From the NCBI GenBank assembly GCA_945859975.1, contig CAMAPH010000034.1, forward strand, positions 1 to 31,325: a stretch of DNA of 31,325 nt. Reading direction: 5' to 3'. The notes under the pieces were generated by a model. The model did not search any database. It worked only from the letters and a program-made list of their open reading frames with translations, and had not been told where the DNA came from. Both the position numbers and the translations under genes were made by a program. This document shows, piece by piece, positions 7,713 to 17,043 of this stretch. The DNA is from Chthonomonas calidirosea (GTDB lineage Bacteria; Armatimonadota; Fimbriimonadia; Fimbriimonadales; Fimbriimonadaceae). Position 1 is the first letter of the stretch. Every line of letters begins with the position of its first letter.

Positions 7713-9671
7713 CTAGCCGCCAAAGGCCTTCTTTGCTTCATCAAGGGTGACTTTGCCGTCGTTGTTTGCATCGGCGGCCCTTACTTGATCCCACATGGAT
7801 CCAGCTTCGGACGCGGTTACGAAACCGTCGCTGTTTCGGTCGAGTCGTCCGAAGGTCGCTTCGACGACGTTCGCAACCCCTTGTCGGCGGCGAGCGCCGA
7901 TACCGGGTGTATCACCGCCCGGCGTTGCGCCTGGGACGATGTACTCGACGTAGCCCAGATGCATTTCTTCGTAGGTTTGGTCTCCCCATCGGACCCGTTT
8001 GGTTGGGTCTGGGTTCGCCGGGTTCTTGTCGCTGTTGTCGAACCAAACGCTGAACTCGATCTTCTGTCCCTTTTCAAGCTTCTTCCACTTTGCGTACTCG
8101 TAGCTCAACTGCCAGTTGAAGTCGTATCGCGGAACGTCCAGCAGGGTCTCCCGTTTCCCGTCCGGAGAGACGACATCGTAGCGACAGGCTTTGCCGCGGA
8201 CGTGCATATGGGGCAGGAAGGAAAGGACTTCGACATCCGATGGCACGGTGACGGTGGCAACTTCTTTGTGGTTGTCGGCTCCGGGCGGGATGTTGATGAA
8301 AACGTTTGAAACGCCCGCGGTTCGCACTTCGTGTTTCGGCGGAGTTTCGCTGTAGATGAATCCAATCTTAGACTGGTCGGTCGTGGCTTCTCCGTTTGGC
8401 GTGTAGTGAATTTGGAATCTCAGGTCGGAGTTAGCCGGGATTTGTTTGGCTAGACCGTCTGGATACATGATCGAGCTGTTGCCCGGTACGTAAATGGCGA
8501 AGTAGCCGTTTAGTCCTTCAATATTTTCCGCCGATCGCCCGCCGCCACGCTGTCCTTTCGGCACGACAAACACAAGAATGTGATGTACGACTTGACGTGC
8601 GGTCGGGATGATTTCGATACCCTTCACCCATCGGTCTTTCGTGGAGTTCAACGGGACGATGACGTTTTGATACTCCATGAAGCCGTCGGCTTTGATCGCG
8701 ATGGGTGCGGGGAGTTGATAGATTTCGTCGGGCTTGCCGATTTGCCAGTCGGAGTTGAAGGTGACCGGCGCGGGAGCTTCTTTGGCATCACCCAGCGGGG
8801 TTTTTGAATCAATCCAGGTGAGCAGGTCGCGCTTGTCGGCTTCGGACAGACTACGGTCGTTTTTCCACTTGCTCGGTTTGGCGTCGGCGGCAAACCACGG
8901 TGGCATTTGCTTATTGTTCACGACGAACTTGATCATCGCGGCGCGGTCTTTCACCTTGCTGAAGCTGTCGAGGGTGAAAGGTCCTACTCCGCCAGGCCGG
9001 TGGCAGGGAAGGCAGTTGTCTTGAATGATGCGCGAGATGCGGTTGTGGTAGGTGACGGGCTTTTGGATGGGGGCGACGTCGGAGAGGTCGAGCACACAGC
9101 CCGGAGCCGGCGTTTTGGTGACAGCCGGGGCGGCACCTTTAAGGCCGGCATCAATTGCGCGAGCGAGGAAGTTGTTGCCAGGCTTGGATTTGCTGTAGGT
9201 GACGCCATATTGGTCGTCGACCGCGCCTCGATAGATGACCTTTCGCTCAGAGTTTAGGAGGAACACTTCGGTGGTTGTGGTCGCGCCGAGAGTCTTTGCG
9301 ATTTCCTTCGTCTTGTCGTGAACGTAAGACCCTTTGAGTCCGAGGCGGGTTTTGGCGGCACGCATGTCGGAGGTCGGCTCGCTGTCGGTTGGGTTGACAT
9401 AAACGAACTGAACGCCTCGGGCCGCGTAGGTTTTTTCAAGGGCGGCGAGGGTTGGGCCGTAGCGCTTTGCGACCGGGCAGGTGGTACCAGTGAGGGCGAC
9501 GACGGTGAGCTTCCCGGTTCCGATCGAGACCGCCTTCCCGTCGATTGTGGTCCGGTTGATGACCGGAAGGGCCGTCGTGGTGGCTTCTGCGTTGGCGGGG
9601 CGGGTGGCGTAGAAAACCCCGATGGCGGGGAGGATCGCCGCGCAGGGCAGCACATACCGGAACGAACTCAT
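7713..9671 (-). CDS. exported redoxin + CxxCH + copper type II monooxygenase-like + EF-hand protein
   Basis: Signal-like N-terminus; redoxin domain (TCPVA, YRGAVDDQY, PGC); CLPCH; VHHIL, QIHY, PHMH, EEMH (PHM/DBH-type Cu ligand pattern); DRNSDGFVT and DANNDGKVT EF-hand loops. Confidence 0.82.
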   Translation of the reverse strand: MSSFRYVLPCAAILPAIGVFYATRPANAEATTTALPVINRTTIDGKAVSIGTGKLTVVALTGTTCPVAKRYGPTLAALEKTYAARGVQFVYVNPTDSEPTSDMRAAKTRLGLKGSYVHDKTKEIAKTLGATTTTEVFLLNSERKVIYRGAVDDQYGVTYSKSKPGNNFLARAIDAGLKGAAPAVTKTPAPGCVLDLSDVAPIQKPVTYHNRISRIIQDNCLPCHRPGGVGPFTLDSFSKVKDRAAMIKFVVNNKQMPPWFAADAKPSKWKNDRSLSEADKRDLLTWIDSKTPLGDAKEAPAPVTFNSDWQIGKPDEIYQLPAPIAIKADGFMEYQNVIVPLNSTKDRWVKGIEIIPTARQVVHHILVFVVPKGQRGGGRSAENIEGLNGYFAIYVPGNSSIMYPDGLAKQIPANSDLRFQIHYTPNGEATTDQSKIGFIYSETPPKHEVRTAGVSNVFINIPPGADNHKEVATVTVPSDVEVLSFLPHMHVRGKACRYDVVSPDGKRETLLDVPRYDFNWQLSYEYAKWKKLEKGQKIEFSVWFDNSDKNPANPDPTKRVRWGDQTYEEMHLGYVEYIVPGATPGGDTPGIGARRRQGVANVVEATFGRLDRNSDGFVTASEAGSMWDQVRAADANNDGKVTLDEAKKAFGG

Positions 9672-9867
9672 GCCCAACAGATTAACATAGGCGCCTCGCG
9701 GCGTGGCGCGATGGTCCTAGGGTCTTCCACCTCGGTTCCCTTGAATGTCTTTATATTTTCTTAACAATACGTGTTAATTCGGCACAGGTATGAAAATGCT
9801 CGCACCTTAAACGTTGCTTAACAATCGTTAGCCTAGAATGGCTCGTATTCACTCTTTGAGAGGATTT

Positions 9868-10725
9868 ATGAAGCGAGCATTTACTCTGATTGAACTTTTG
9901 GTGGTCATCGCGATTATCGCGATCCTAGCGGCAATTTTGTTCCCGGTGTTTGCCCAAGCGAAGCTGGCGGGTAAGAAAGCAGTTGACCTCAGCAACACGC
10001 GCCAGCTTGGAACGGCGACGATGCTTTATCTTGGCGACTACGACGACAACTATCCGCAGAGCTTGTACGCAACGAACGGAATCATCGCTAGCCCATCTTG
10101 CCAGGTGTACGTGCTCGGTAGCATGGCGAACCAGCCAATCTTCACGCTTTACGATGCCCTCATTCCGTACATGAAGAACGTCGACATTTTGCAGAGCAAA
10201 GTCGATGCACCCGGTGAGGACTGGAATGCGATGCTGGCGCGATTGGCGCCGCTTGGACTTTCGGTTCGTTCAACGGGCGCTTACCGTTACTCCAGCTTCG
10301 GACCCAACTTTGCCGTCTTCCAGGATCCAGGCGTGGGTTCGCTTTGCGATGGCGTGTTCAACCAGGCGGACATGCAGGATCCGGTTGGAACGACCGTGTT
10401 CTTCCACTCGAAGTATTACGATTTCACGGCTTCAGCAACCCCGCCGAAGACCGAGTTCTATCGACCTGGAACCTACTGCAACCAGATGTACCAGCGAGCT
10501 CGCATGGGCGCCTTTGAGTGGATGAACTTCCACGGCAACTTCAAGGGCAACGATGGAATCACCGTTAACTACGGCGACGGCCACGCGAAGTGGATTCGAG
10601 GTGATGGCAACCTTCCAGGTCGCTCGACTTCGGACTGCGATTTCTATCCAGATCGAAATGACTGCCAGACCTACACGCTGCCATGTGACTTGAGCGGCGT
10701 TCCTGGCGGAAAGGCCAACACTTGA
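9868..10725 (+). CDS. prepilin-type N-terminal cleavage/methylation domain protein with H-X-DG C-terminal motif (DUF1559-like)
   Basis: MKRAFTLIELLVVIAIIAILAAILFPVFAQAK; C-terminal H...VNYGDGHAKW; GAGAGGA RBS before ATG 9868. Confidence 0.9.
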   Translation: MKRAFTLIELLVVIAIIAILAAILFPVFAQAKLAGKKAVDLSNTRQLGTATMLYLGDYDDNYPQSLYATNGIIASPSCQVYVLGSMANQPIFTLYDALIPYMKNVDILQSKVDAPGEDWNAMLARLAPLGLSVRSTGAYRYSSFGPNFAVFQDPGVGSLCDGVFNQADMQDPVGTTVFFHSKYYDFTASATPPKTEFYRPGTYCNQMYQRARMGAFEWMNFHGNFKGNDGITVNYGDGHAKWIRGDGNLPGRSTSDCDFYPDRNDCQTYTLPCDLSGVPGGKANT

Positions 10726-10746
10726 TCATTCTTTGATTTGGTTCGG

Positions 10747-10781
10747 AAAGGGCATCTCTTCGGTTGAAGAGGTGCCCTTTT
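10747..10781 (+). terminator. rho-independent terminator
   Basis: AAAGGGCATCTCTTC-GGTT-GAAGAGGTGCCCTTT stem (one G-U pair) ending in a T run, about 20 nt after the prepilin gene stop. Confidence 0.75.
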
Positions 10782-10798
10782 CGTTGTAAGCTCGGCTT

Positions 10799-11668
10799 AT
10801 GAAGACGTTCGGCATCCTTGCCCTATCGTTACTGGTCACCACGGCATATTCACAGGACTTTGTCCGCAAGTCTGATGTGGTTTATATGAAGCAAGACGGG
10901 GCGGCTTTCACGATGGACGTCTTTCGGCCGGCGAAGCAGAACGGGATTGCCGTGATCTTTATGGTCAGCGGAGGCTGGGTTTCTAACCATAACAGCATCA
11001 ACACCGAGCTGGCAAAGCAATGCACAGACAGAGGCTTCACCGTCTTTCAGGTTGTCCACGGAGCGCAGCCGAGATATAAGGTGCCGGAGATTGTGAAGCA
11101 GGTTCAGCGCGCGGTTCGGTTTGTTCGCTCGCACGCCTCGGAGTACGGCGTTAACCCGAACAAGCTGGCGATTACGGGAGGAAGTGCCGGCGGGCATCTG
11201 TCGCTGATGATTGCGAGTTTGGCGAGCCCTGGCAACCCGGGCGGTCCAGATCCGGTTGAGCGGGAATCGGCTTCGGTGAACTCGGTTGGAGTGTTCTATC
11301 CACCAACGGACTTCACAAATTATGGAAAAGCGGGATTCTTCGCGTTTGATAATCCTCTACTTATGGCGACCTACGGGCGCGCCTTTTTGGACGATCCTAA
11401 GACAGCTCCTAAGGAGAAGATGGTTGAAGTTGGCAAAAGTATGTCGCCGCTGGCATTCATGACGGCTTCTATGCCTCCAACATTCTTAGTCCATGGCGAT
11501 GCCGACCTGTTAGTGCCTATCCAACAGTCAGAAATAACGATCAAGAAGCTCAAGGAGCTTGGCGTTAAGTGCGAACTGGTGACGGTTCCCGGAAAGGGAC
11601 ACGGCTGGGCCGGAATCGAAGTTCAAGTCGGGCAGATTCTGGACTGGTTTGAGAAGACGTTAAAGTGA
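10799..11668 (+). CDS. secreted alpha/beta hydrolase (esterase/lipase, BD-FAE-like)
   Basis: Signal peptide, VSGGW oxyanion region, GGSAGG nucleophile elbow, HGDAD...VP and GHG triad motifs. Confidence 0.88.
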   Translation: MKTFGILALSLLVTTAYSQDFVRKSDVVYMKQDGAAFTMDVFRPAKQNGIAVIFMVSGGWVSNHNSINTELAKQCTDRGFTVFQVVHGAQPRYKVPEIVKQVQRAVRFVRSHASEYGVNPNKLAITGGSAGGHLSLMIASLASPGNPGGPDPVERESASVNSVGVFYPPTDFTNYGKAGFFAFDNPLLMATYGRAFLDDPKTAPKEKMVEVGKSMSPLAFMTASMPPTFLVHGDADLLVPIQQSEITIKKLKELGVKCELVTVPGKGHGWAGIEVQVGQILDWFEKTLK

Positions 11669-12370
11669 TTCGTCGGTTCGCCCCGAAAGGATGAACTCGA
11701 CTGCCGCACGGGAATGCAGGAAGGTGCTGTCAAGGAACGGCACCGGCTGCTTTTCTCCTTCAAGAAGGATGGGTATCTCGGTGCAGCCCATGATCACGCC
11801 TTCGGCGCCATCGGCGATGCCCCGATTGATGATCTCGCGGTAGGACTGTCGAGTAGCGATGCGGAACAGGCCCTTGCCCATCTCTTCAAAAATGGTTCGA
11901 TGAATCAGCTCACGATCGGAAGCGTTCGGGATGAAAACTTCGATGCCGTGATTCTCCAAAAACTCACGGCAGAAGCCGTCTTCCATCGTGGGGCGCGTTC
12001 CTAACAGGAGAAGTCGCTTGAGGCCCAGACGTTCGGCTTCTTGGGCTACGGCAAGGCGGAGGTCGATGATCGGCACATTGAGCTGCGGTTGAAGCTCTTC
12101 CACATATCGGTGCATCGAATTGGCGCAAATAATGATAGCTTCGGCGCCCGCTGATTCAACTTTTCTGCAGCCTTCAAGGATGAGATCAAAAGTAGCAGCC
12201 GCATCATTGGCGATGTTGTTGCGCTGAAGATCTCCGAAATTTAGCGACCAGAGGACGATGTTGGCGGCTTCGACTCCGCCAGCCCGCTCATTCACCAGGC
12301 TGTTAACGTGGCGATAATACTCCACGGTCGAAACCCAACTTGCTCCTCCAACCATCCCTAGTAGTCGCAT
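11660..12370 (-). CDS. aspartate/glutamate racemase family protein
   Basis: LLGMVGGASWVST.EYY, CANSMH, LLGTRPTME, GCTEIP: the two-cysteine racemase pattern. Confidence 0.92.
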   Translation of the reverse strand: MRLLGMVGGASWVSTVEYYRHVNSLVNERAGGVEAANIVLWSLNFGDLQRNNIANDAAATFDLILEGCRKVESAGAEAIIICANSMHRYVEELQPQLNVPIIDLRLAVAQEAERLGLKRLLLLGTRPTMEDGFCREFLENHGIEVFIPNASDRELIHRTIFEEMGKGLFRIATRQSYREIINRGIADGAEGVIMGCTEIPILLEGEKQPVPFLDSTFLHSRAAVEFILSGRTDESL

Positions 12371-12561
12371 CGCGATACTTTACCTATGCTCGTGACAAAT
12401 TGCCCAAAGGCTTAACCTAGTTTAGGAAAGAGCCGCGAGTTTCATGTATTTACTAATCGATTGACGAACGTATTACTGTGGAGTAATGTTGCTAAATGAA
12501 GAATTATTTGTGGGTATTGCGAATTGTTTGCCGACTATCGCAGAAGATCTGACAATTGTCG

Positions 12562-15159
12562 TCATTGTTGCGGAAAAATTGTCCTCATGCCTGTTGGTCC
12601 TCGGCGGATCGGAAGGATCGAGCCTCCGCTGATTTCGTGATAAAGCGTCTGGCCGCTCGGACCTGAGTTGGTGACGTTGAAGCTGAGGGTCGTTGTTGTC
12701 CGCGTGACCGGAATTTCGGCGATTCGGTTTCCGGCCATGTCAAGTCGATACACGGTGTAGCGTGCGGGGTTCTGGACGGCGAGAGTTACCGCGGCTGAAC
12801 CGACTCGGACGAGGTGCGGGGTGATGCCCCAACTTTCGATGACGTCTCGATCTGGCCCGGAGTATCGAATGTTCGTGTTCTGAACGTCGGTGAGGAAGGT
12901 GAGCAGGATACGGTTGCTCGTCGGAATCGGCTTTCGGTCGACACTGGTTACCCAAAGCGCTCCGCGATGGCCGGACAGCAGGGCGCTGAGGCCGCCGGCC
13001 GTGACGTTTGAGCCAACCGGGGCGAAGATGCCTTGAGTACGTGGCGTATTGACGGTGAGGGTTCCGGTTTCCGTATCGACTTGGACCGGCTGTGGCGCGG
13101 TTGGGTCGGTGAGGTTGCCGTCGCCTCCGGTAGTCGCGGAGCTGTAAAGCTTGCGGGAGAGGATTTGCCGCCTCATGAGGGCGTTGTAGCCGCCTGCGAC
13201 GCCGCTACCGTTTGGATCAATGCGCAAGACGCCCTCGTCCGTTGCGGAATCTAGGTCTCGGCGGAGGAACAGGGCGATGATCGCGCGCTCGGACGCAAGG
13301 CCGATCGGGTCGGCTTGCATGTCGAAGTAGTCGAAGCGACTGGTGTTTTGGATTCGCGCCGAGTTGTGGCTCCAAGCGAACCGGAACGCGGCATCCCAAT
13401 CTTGGCGGGCCGCGATCGAACCGAGCAGCAGACCGCCCTCGGCGCGGAAGCGGTTTGGCGCGGCGAAGTTGAACTCGGACAAGGTGAACGGCTTGCCATA
13501 AACGCGTGATAGGGCGATGCTTTGGAGACCGGAACCAAGGACCTTGGTCGCCATTCCGCCGTTGTCCCAGCCTCGAGACGGGATCGACCACGCGTTCTCC
13601 AAAAAGTTGGGATGATCCCAGTAGAAGTGGTTATCGACGTAGTCCAGGTTGGAGCGATGGCCGACAAGGACACTTTGGTCGTGCCAGCCGTTGACGTCGG
13701 AGAGAAGGGCTTTTACACCAAGGTTTCTGAGTTCGGTTTTCATCCAGGCATAGGCGTTGGCATGTAGATTTGCGCCGAACCTTGCCCCGGCGTCGGTTTG
13801 ATAGTTCCAGGAGCCGGTGTTTCCGGCATTCTGCCAGGCCGTATCAAAGAGGGCGCGGGAGGTGGCAGAGAGTGACCGGGTGGCGCTGCCCATGTTGTTT
13901 TCGTTCACGGGCACAATCCAGGCGATGGCAGGGTCGTCTTTCCAGCGCAGACCCGTGTAGGGATTGAGCGAGTTGAGCAGGTTTGTCGAGAAGGCTAGCC
14001 AGTTGTTTCGGGCAGTTTGATTGACCAGTTGAAGCGCCTTGAACTCGTCGCCGTCGGTTGCACCGGATAGGACCTCGTTGTTGCGGATTTGGCGGATGGT
14101 GTAGAGGTCAAGCGAGATATAGATGCCGCGCTTTTTCAGCATCGCGACCAGGTAGTTGAGTTGGTCAAGTTTGTCCGGAAAGATGCTCGTGCTTGTGGTT
14201 CCGCCAGACCAGCCGGTGAGTTCCGAGTCGAAATGGTGGAGCCGGACGGCGTTGTAGCCCATGCGGGCGAGGCGGGTGGCGAGCTTTTCCGAATCCTTCT
14301 TGCTCATAAACATGGCAGAGAAGGCGAGGTTGACCCCGTAGAACCGCTGCGGTTGGGGGTTGTTGGGGAAATAGAAGTGGCCATTGCGGGACTCGAGCCA
14401 GCCTTCTGATCCGGCGCGTTTGTAATCTGTGCTGGACCAATCGAGGGCGGAGCCGGGGGTGACATCGAGGGGGAAGGGGAGCTCGGCCCAGTCAGGACCG
14501 GCGGTGATGGTGTATGGCTGTTGGACGGAGAACGTGTAGGGGCGGTTGGTTTTTAGGGTTACGGTGTAGGTTCGGGTTGTGTTGGCATTCCAGGTTCCGC
14601 CGACGGCGTTAAAGCGCCATTCCACGTGAGGCGACCATTGGCGAGAGTCTTGCAGGACGGATGGTCGGCTGGCGTCGCCTTCGATGGTGACCTCTAGATC
14701 CCCTTTGGAGAACTTTACGGTTCTGGCATTGCCTCCGCGGAGAAACGTGGTTCCGCCGAAGTTGAGCGGGATGGGGAAGTTGGTTCCGTCGACGTTGGCG
14801 ATGCTGCCCGCCCATTTTGGCGTGGGGAAGTTGCCGTAGAGGTGCGCGCTTTCGAGGGCAACGTTTGCGTTTGTGGTGGCTTGGATTTGGAATCGGAGGC
14901 CATCTGCTAGTTCGGTAACGCCGCCGACGACGGTCGCTTCGCCGCCGGACCAAACGGCCTTGGCGGTGGTGGGGTTGCCTTGACCGTTATCGGCGGATTG
15001 AGTGCCGGTGTATTGCCAGCCGGTCCGAAACATTCCGAAGCCGAAAGTCGCGATGTTTTCGCCTTCTTCCGACACGCGGATGCTGGCGGTGCGGTCGAGA
15101 ATGAACTCGAGGGGAGGGGCAAACGGCACCGCGGATGCTAGCAACAGCGACAACATCAT
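12562..15159 (-). CDS. secreted clan GH-A glycoside hydrolase (GH5/GH42-like) with N-terminal beta-sandwich-like region
   Basis: RFYGVNL, GYNAVRLHHFD, NPYTGLRWKDDPAIAW...NEN (acid/base), DNHFYWDHP, KPFTLSEFN (nucleophile); AGGAG RBS. Confidence 0.75.
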   Translation of the reverse strand: MMLSLLLASAVPFAPPLEFILDRTASIRVSEEGENIATFGFGMFRTGWQYTGTQSADNGQGNPTTAKAVWSGGEATVVGGVTELADGLRFQIQATTNANVALESAHLYGNFPTPKWAGSIANVDGTNFPIPLNFGGTTFLRGGNARTVKFSKGDLEVTIEGDASRPSVLQDSRQWSPHVEWRFNAVGGTWNANTTRTYTVTLKTNRPYTFSVQQPYTITAGPDWAELPFPLDVTPGSALDWSSTDYKRAGSEGWLESRNGHFYFPNNPQPQRFYGVNLAFSAMFMSKKDSEKLATRLARMGYNAVRLHHFDSELTGWSGGTTSTSIFPDKLDQLNYLVAMLKKRGIYISLDLYTIRQIRNNEVLSGATDGDEFKALQLVNQTARNNWLAFSTNLLNSLNPYTGLRWKDDPAIAWIVPVNENNMGSATRSLSATSRALFDTAWQNAGNTGSWNYQTDAGARFGANLHANAYAWMKTELRNLGVKALLSDVNGWHDQSVLVGHRSNLDYVDNHFYWDHPNFLENAWSIPSRGWDNGGMATKVLGSGLQSIALSRVYGKPFTLSEFNFAAPNRFRAEGGLLLGSIAARQDWDAAFRFAWSHNSARIQNTSRFDYFDMQADPIGLASERAIIALFLRRDLDSATDEGVLRIDPNGSGVAGGYNALMRRQILSRKLYSSATTGGDGNLTDPTAPQPVQVDTETGTLTVNTPRTQGIFAPVGSNVTAGGLSALLSGHRGALWVTSVDRKPIPTSNRILLTFLTDVQNTNIRYSGPDRDVIESWGITPHLVRVGSAAVTLAVQNPARYTVYRLDMAGNRIAEIPVTRTTTTLSFNVTNSGPSGQTLYHEISGGSILPIRRGPTGMRTIFPQQ

Positions 15160-15198
15160 GCTCCTAGTATAGGTTCGGTGGGGCGAACCGGCTAGGGG

Positions 15199-16122
15199 TT
15201 ATTTGCGGTAGGTCGGGAGATCGGAGAGGTTGACAACTCGGGGGTCGTTGTAGACCTTTTTGATCCATTCCGGGGTGTTGCCTTTCTTCGGGTCCTCGAT
15301 CATGTAGGCCCAGGTTAGGAAGTACAGCCAGGGGCGGGCGGTGAAGTTTTCCGGGTCCGGCAGTTTGCCTTCTTCGCCGAGGCCGAAGAGTTTGCCGCGG
15401 CCGCCGAAGAGGGTTTGGTAGTCGGTCCAAGAGGACTTGTCTTCGTAGTCCCAAACAATGAGGTCGACGACGTCGTCTCCGGGGTACCAGTTGCCCTTTT
15501 GGCTGCCGTAGCTGGTCCAGGTCCAGATGAGGTTGTTCAGCTTATGTCGGTTGACGAAGCGGTCGTACATCAGCCGGTAGAGCTTTGTGCAGGCGGCTTC
15601 GCCCGACTTTCCCCACCAGAACCACTTGCCTTCGGCTTCGTGGAGAGGGCGCCAGATGATGGGGACTTTGGCTTGTTGCAGGATTTTGAGCTTGTTCGCT
15701 ACGAGGTCAAGGTCGCGGATTAGGTTTTTGTAGCTCTGGCTTTCCGGGTTTGCGAGCGCTTGGTCGAGTTTGAACTTGTCGGTATAGAAGTCGCCATCGG
15801 CGTTGGGCGAGATCCAGTGCCATTGGAAGGTGGCGATTCCGCCGCGGCCGTTTACCCAGCGGATGGCTTTTTCGGCGTCGCGATTTCCGTTTTGTGATGG
15901 GCACACACCGTTGAAGTCGTAGCCCATGATGGCGGGTTCTTTTCCGCCGGTGGTGGTTTTGATGAACTCCAGATATTTGTCGTCGCACTGGCCGGAGAGC
16001 ATTTTCTTGCCGTAAACCGAGTCGAGGTAGGACTTGAGGGCGACGGTTTCTGGAGTGGACGCCTTGTTGACCAGGGTCGGCGCGGTGAGGAAGGTTGTCG
16101 CGGCGAGGAGGGTGGTGAGCAT
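15199..16122 (-). CDS. GH26 beta-mannanase-like glycoside hydrolase
   Basis: IWRPLHEAEGKWFWWG, HKLNNLIW, WYPGDDVVD, GLGEEG, YFLTW are GH26 motifs; signal-like N-terminus from ATG 16122. Confidence 0.88.
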   Translation of the reverse strand: MLTTLLAATTFLTAPTLVNKASTPETVALKSYLDSVYGKKMLSGQCDDKYLEFIKTTTGGKEPAIMGYDFNGVCPSQNGNRDAEKAIRWVNGRGGIATFQWHWISPNADGDFYTDKFKLDQALANPESQSYKNLIRDLDLVANKLKILQQAKVPIIWRPLHEAEGKWFWWGKSGEAACTKLYRLMYDRFVNRHKLNNLIWTWTSYGSQKGNWYPGDDVVDLIVWDYEDKSSWTDYQTLFGGRGKLFGLGEEGKLPDPENFTARPWLYFLTWAYMIEDPKKGNTPEWIKKVYNDPRVVNLSDLPTYRK

Positions 16123-16188
16123 GGCGTTTTTGGCCGGGGCCACGGGATATATATCACAAACTCCACGGAAAGGAATATATTACACACC

Positions 16189-16590
16189 ATGGCTGAACAT
16201 ATCACCTTCCCAACTTTGACCCCTTACTTGGTTGTCCGCGACGCGCGGGCAGCGATCGCGTTTTATGAGCAGGCGCTCGGCGCGATTACGATCGAAGTGA
16301 TGGAAACGCCGGAAGGCAAGGTAATGAACGCCCAGCTCAAGATCGGCGATTCGATGCTGATGCTGAACGACGAGTTTCCGGATTACGGCTCCTTTGGCCC
16401 CAAGGAAGGCGAGATGGTTCCGGTGACGATTCACATTTCCTGCACGGACATCGATAACCAGTTCCAGCGGGCGGTTGACGCGGGCGGGGTGGTGACGATG
16501 CCGCTGGAGAACCAGTTCTGGGGAGATCGGTACGGGCAGTTCCGATGTCCGTTTGGGCACAACTGGTCGATGGGTCAGCCGATCGGTTAG
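16189..16590 (+). CDS. VOC/glyoxalase family protein (PhnB-like)
   Basis: LTPYLVV.DA.AAI.FY..ALGA, AQLKIGDS.LML.DEFP, QFWGDRYG...PFGHNW. Confidence 0.92.
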   Translation: MAEHITFPTLTPYLVVRDARAAIAFYEQALGAITIEVMETPEGKVMNAQLKIGDSMLMLNDEFPDYGSFGPKEGEMVPVTIHISCTDIDNQFQRAVDAGGVVTMPLENQFWGDRYGQFRCPFGHNWSMGQPIG

Positions 16591-17043
16591 GCGGCGCTTC
16601 GGTGCGGGTTTGTTTGAGGTTGGGGTGGAATTAATTAACGTTCCCCCCCAGCCAGATTAATTAATTACGCGGCGTTTTAGGTTCGGATCGGGAGATTGGG
16701 GCTGGCGAGAAATCTTAGCTTTTTGACCTCTCGCCAATGAGGAGGAACGCAAATTTTAGGTTTGGACACGGGAGGAACGTGATGCTCACACTTCTAAAGG
16801 AAGGTGCGGACGGAAATGTCAACCATCGATTTTCATGGTTCCCAACGCAGCAGGTTCATTGTTTTGAGATGGCGTTGCCCCTAAGCTGACTTTAGCGAGA
16901 AGGTGAAAAACATGCCGATGTCGGTTGCCTTGGACCGGAAACACAAAATTTCCTGAAATTTTCAAAAATATACAAACTCTTAACATACTTTTCGACCTAA
17001 CCTGTCTTATACTTCCTCTAGGCGAGAGCCGATTGGGGCAGAT

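Noticed and set aside
12371..12561. AT-rich intergenic stretch with short palindromes (ATTACT-N4-AGTAAT, GACAATTGTC)
   Set aside because: Short enough to arise by chance in AT-rich promoter DNA; no ncRNA or operator could be supported.
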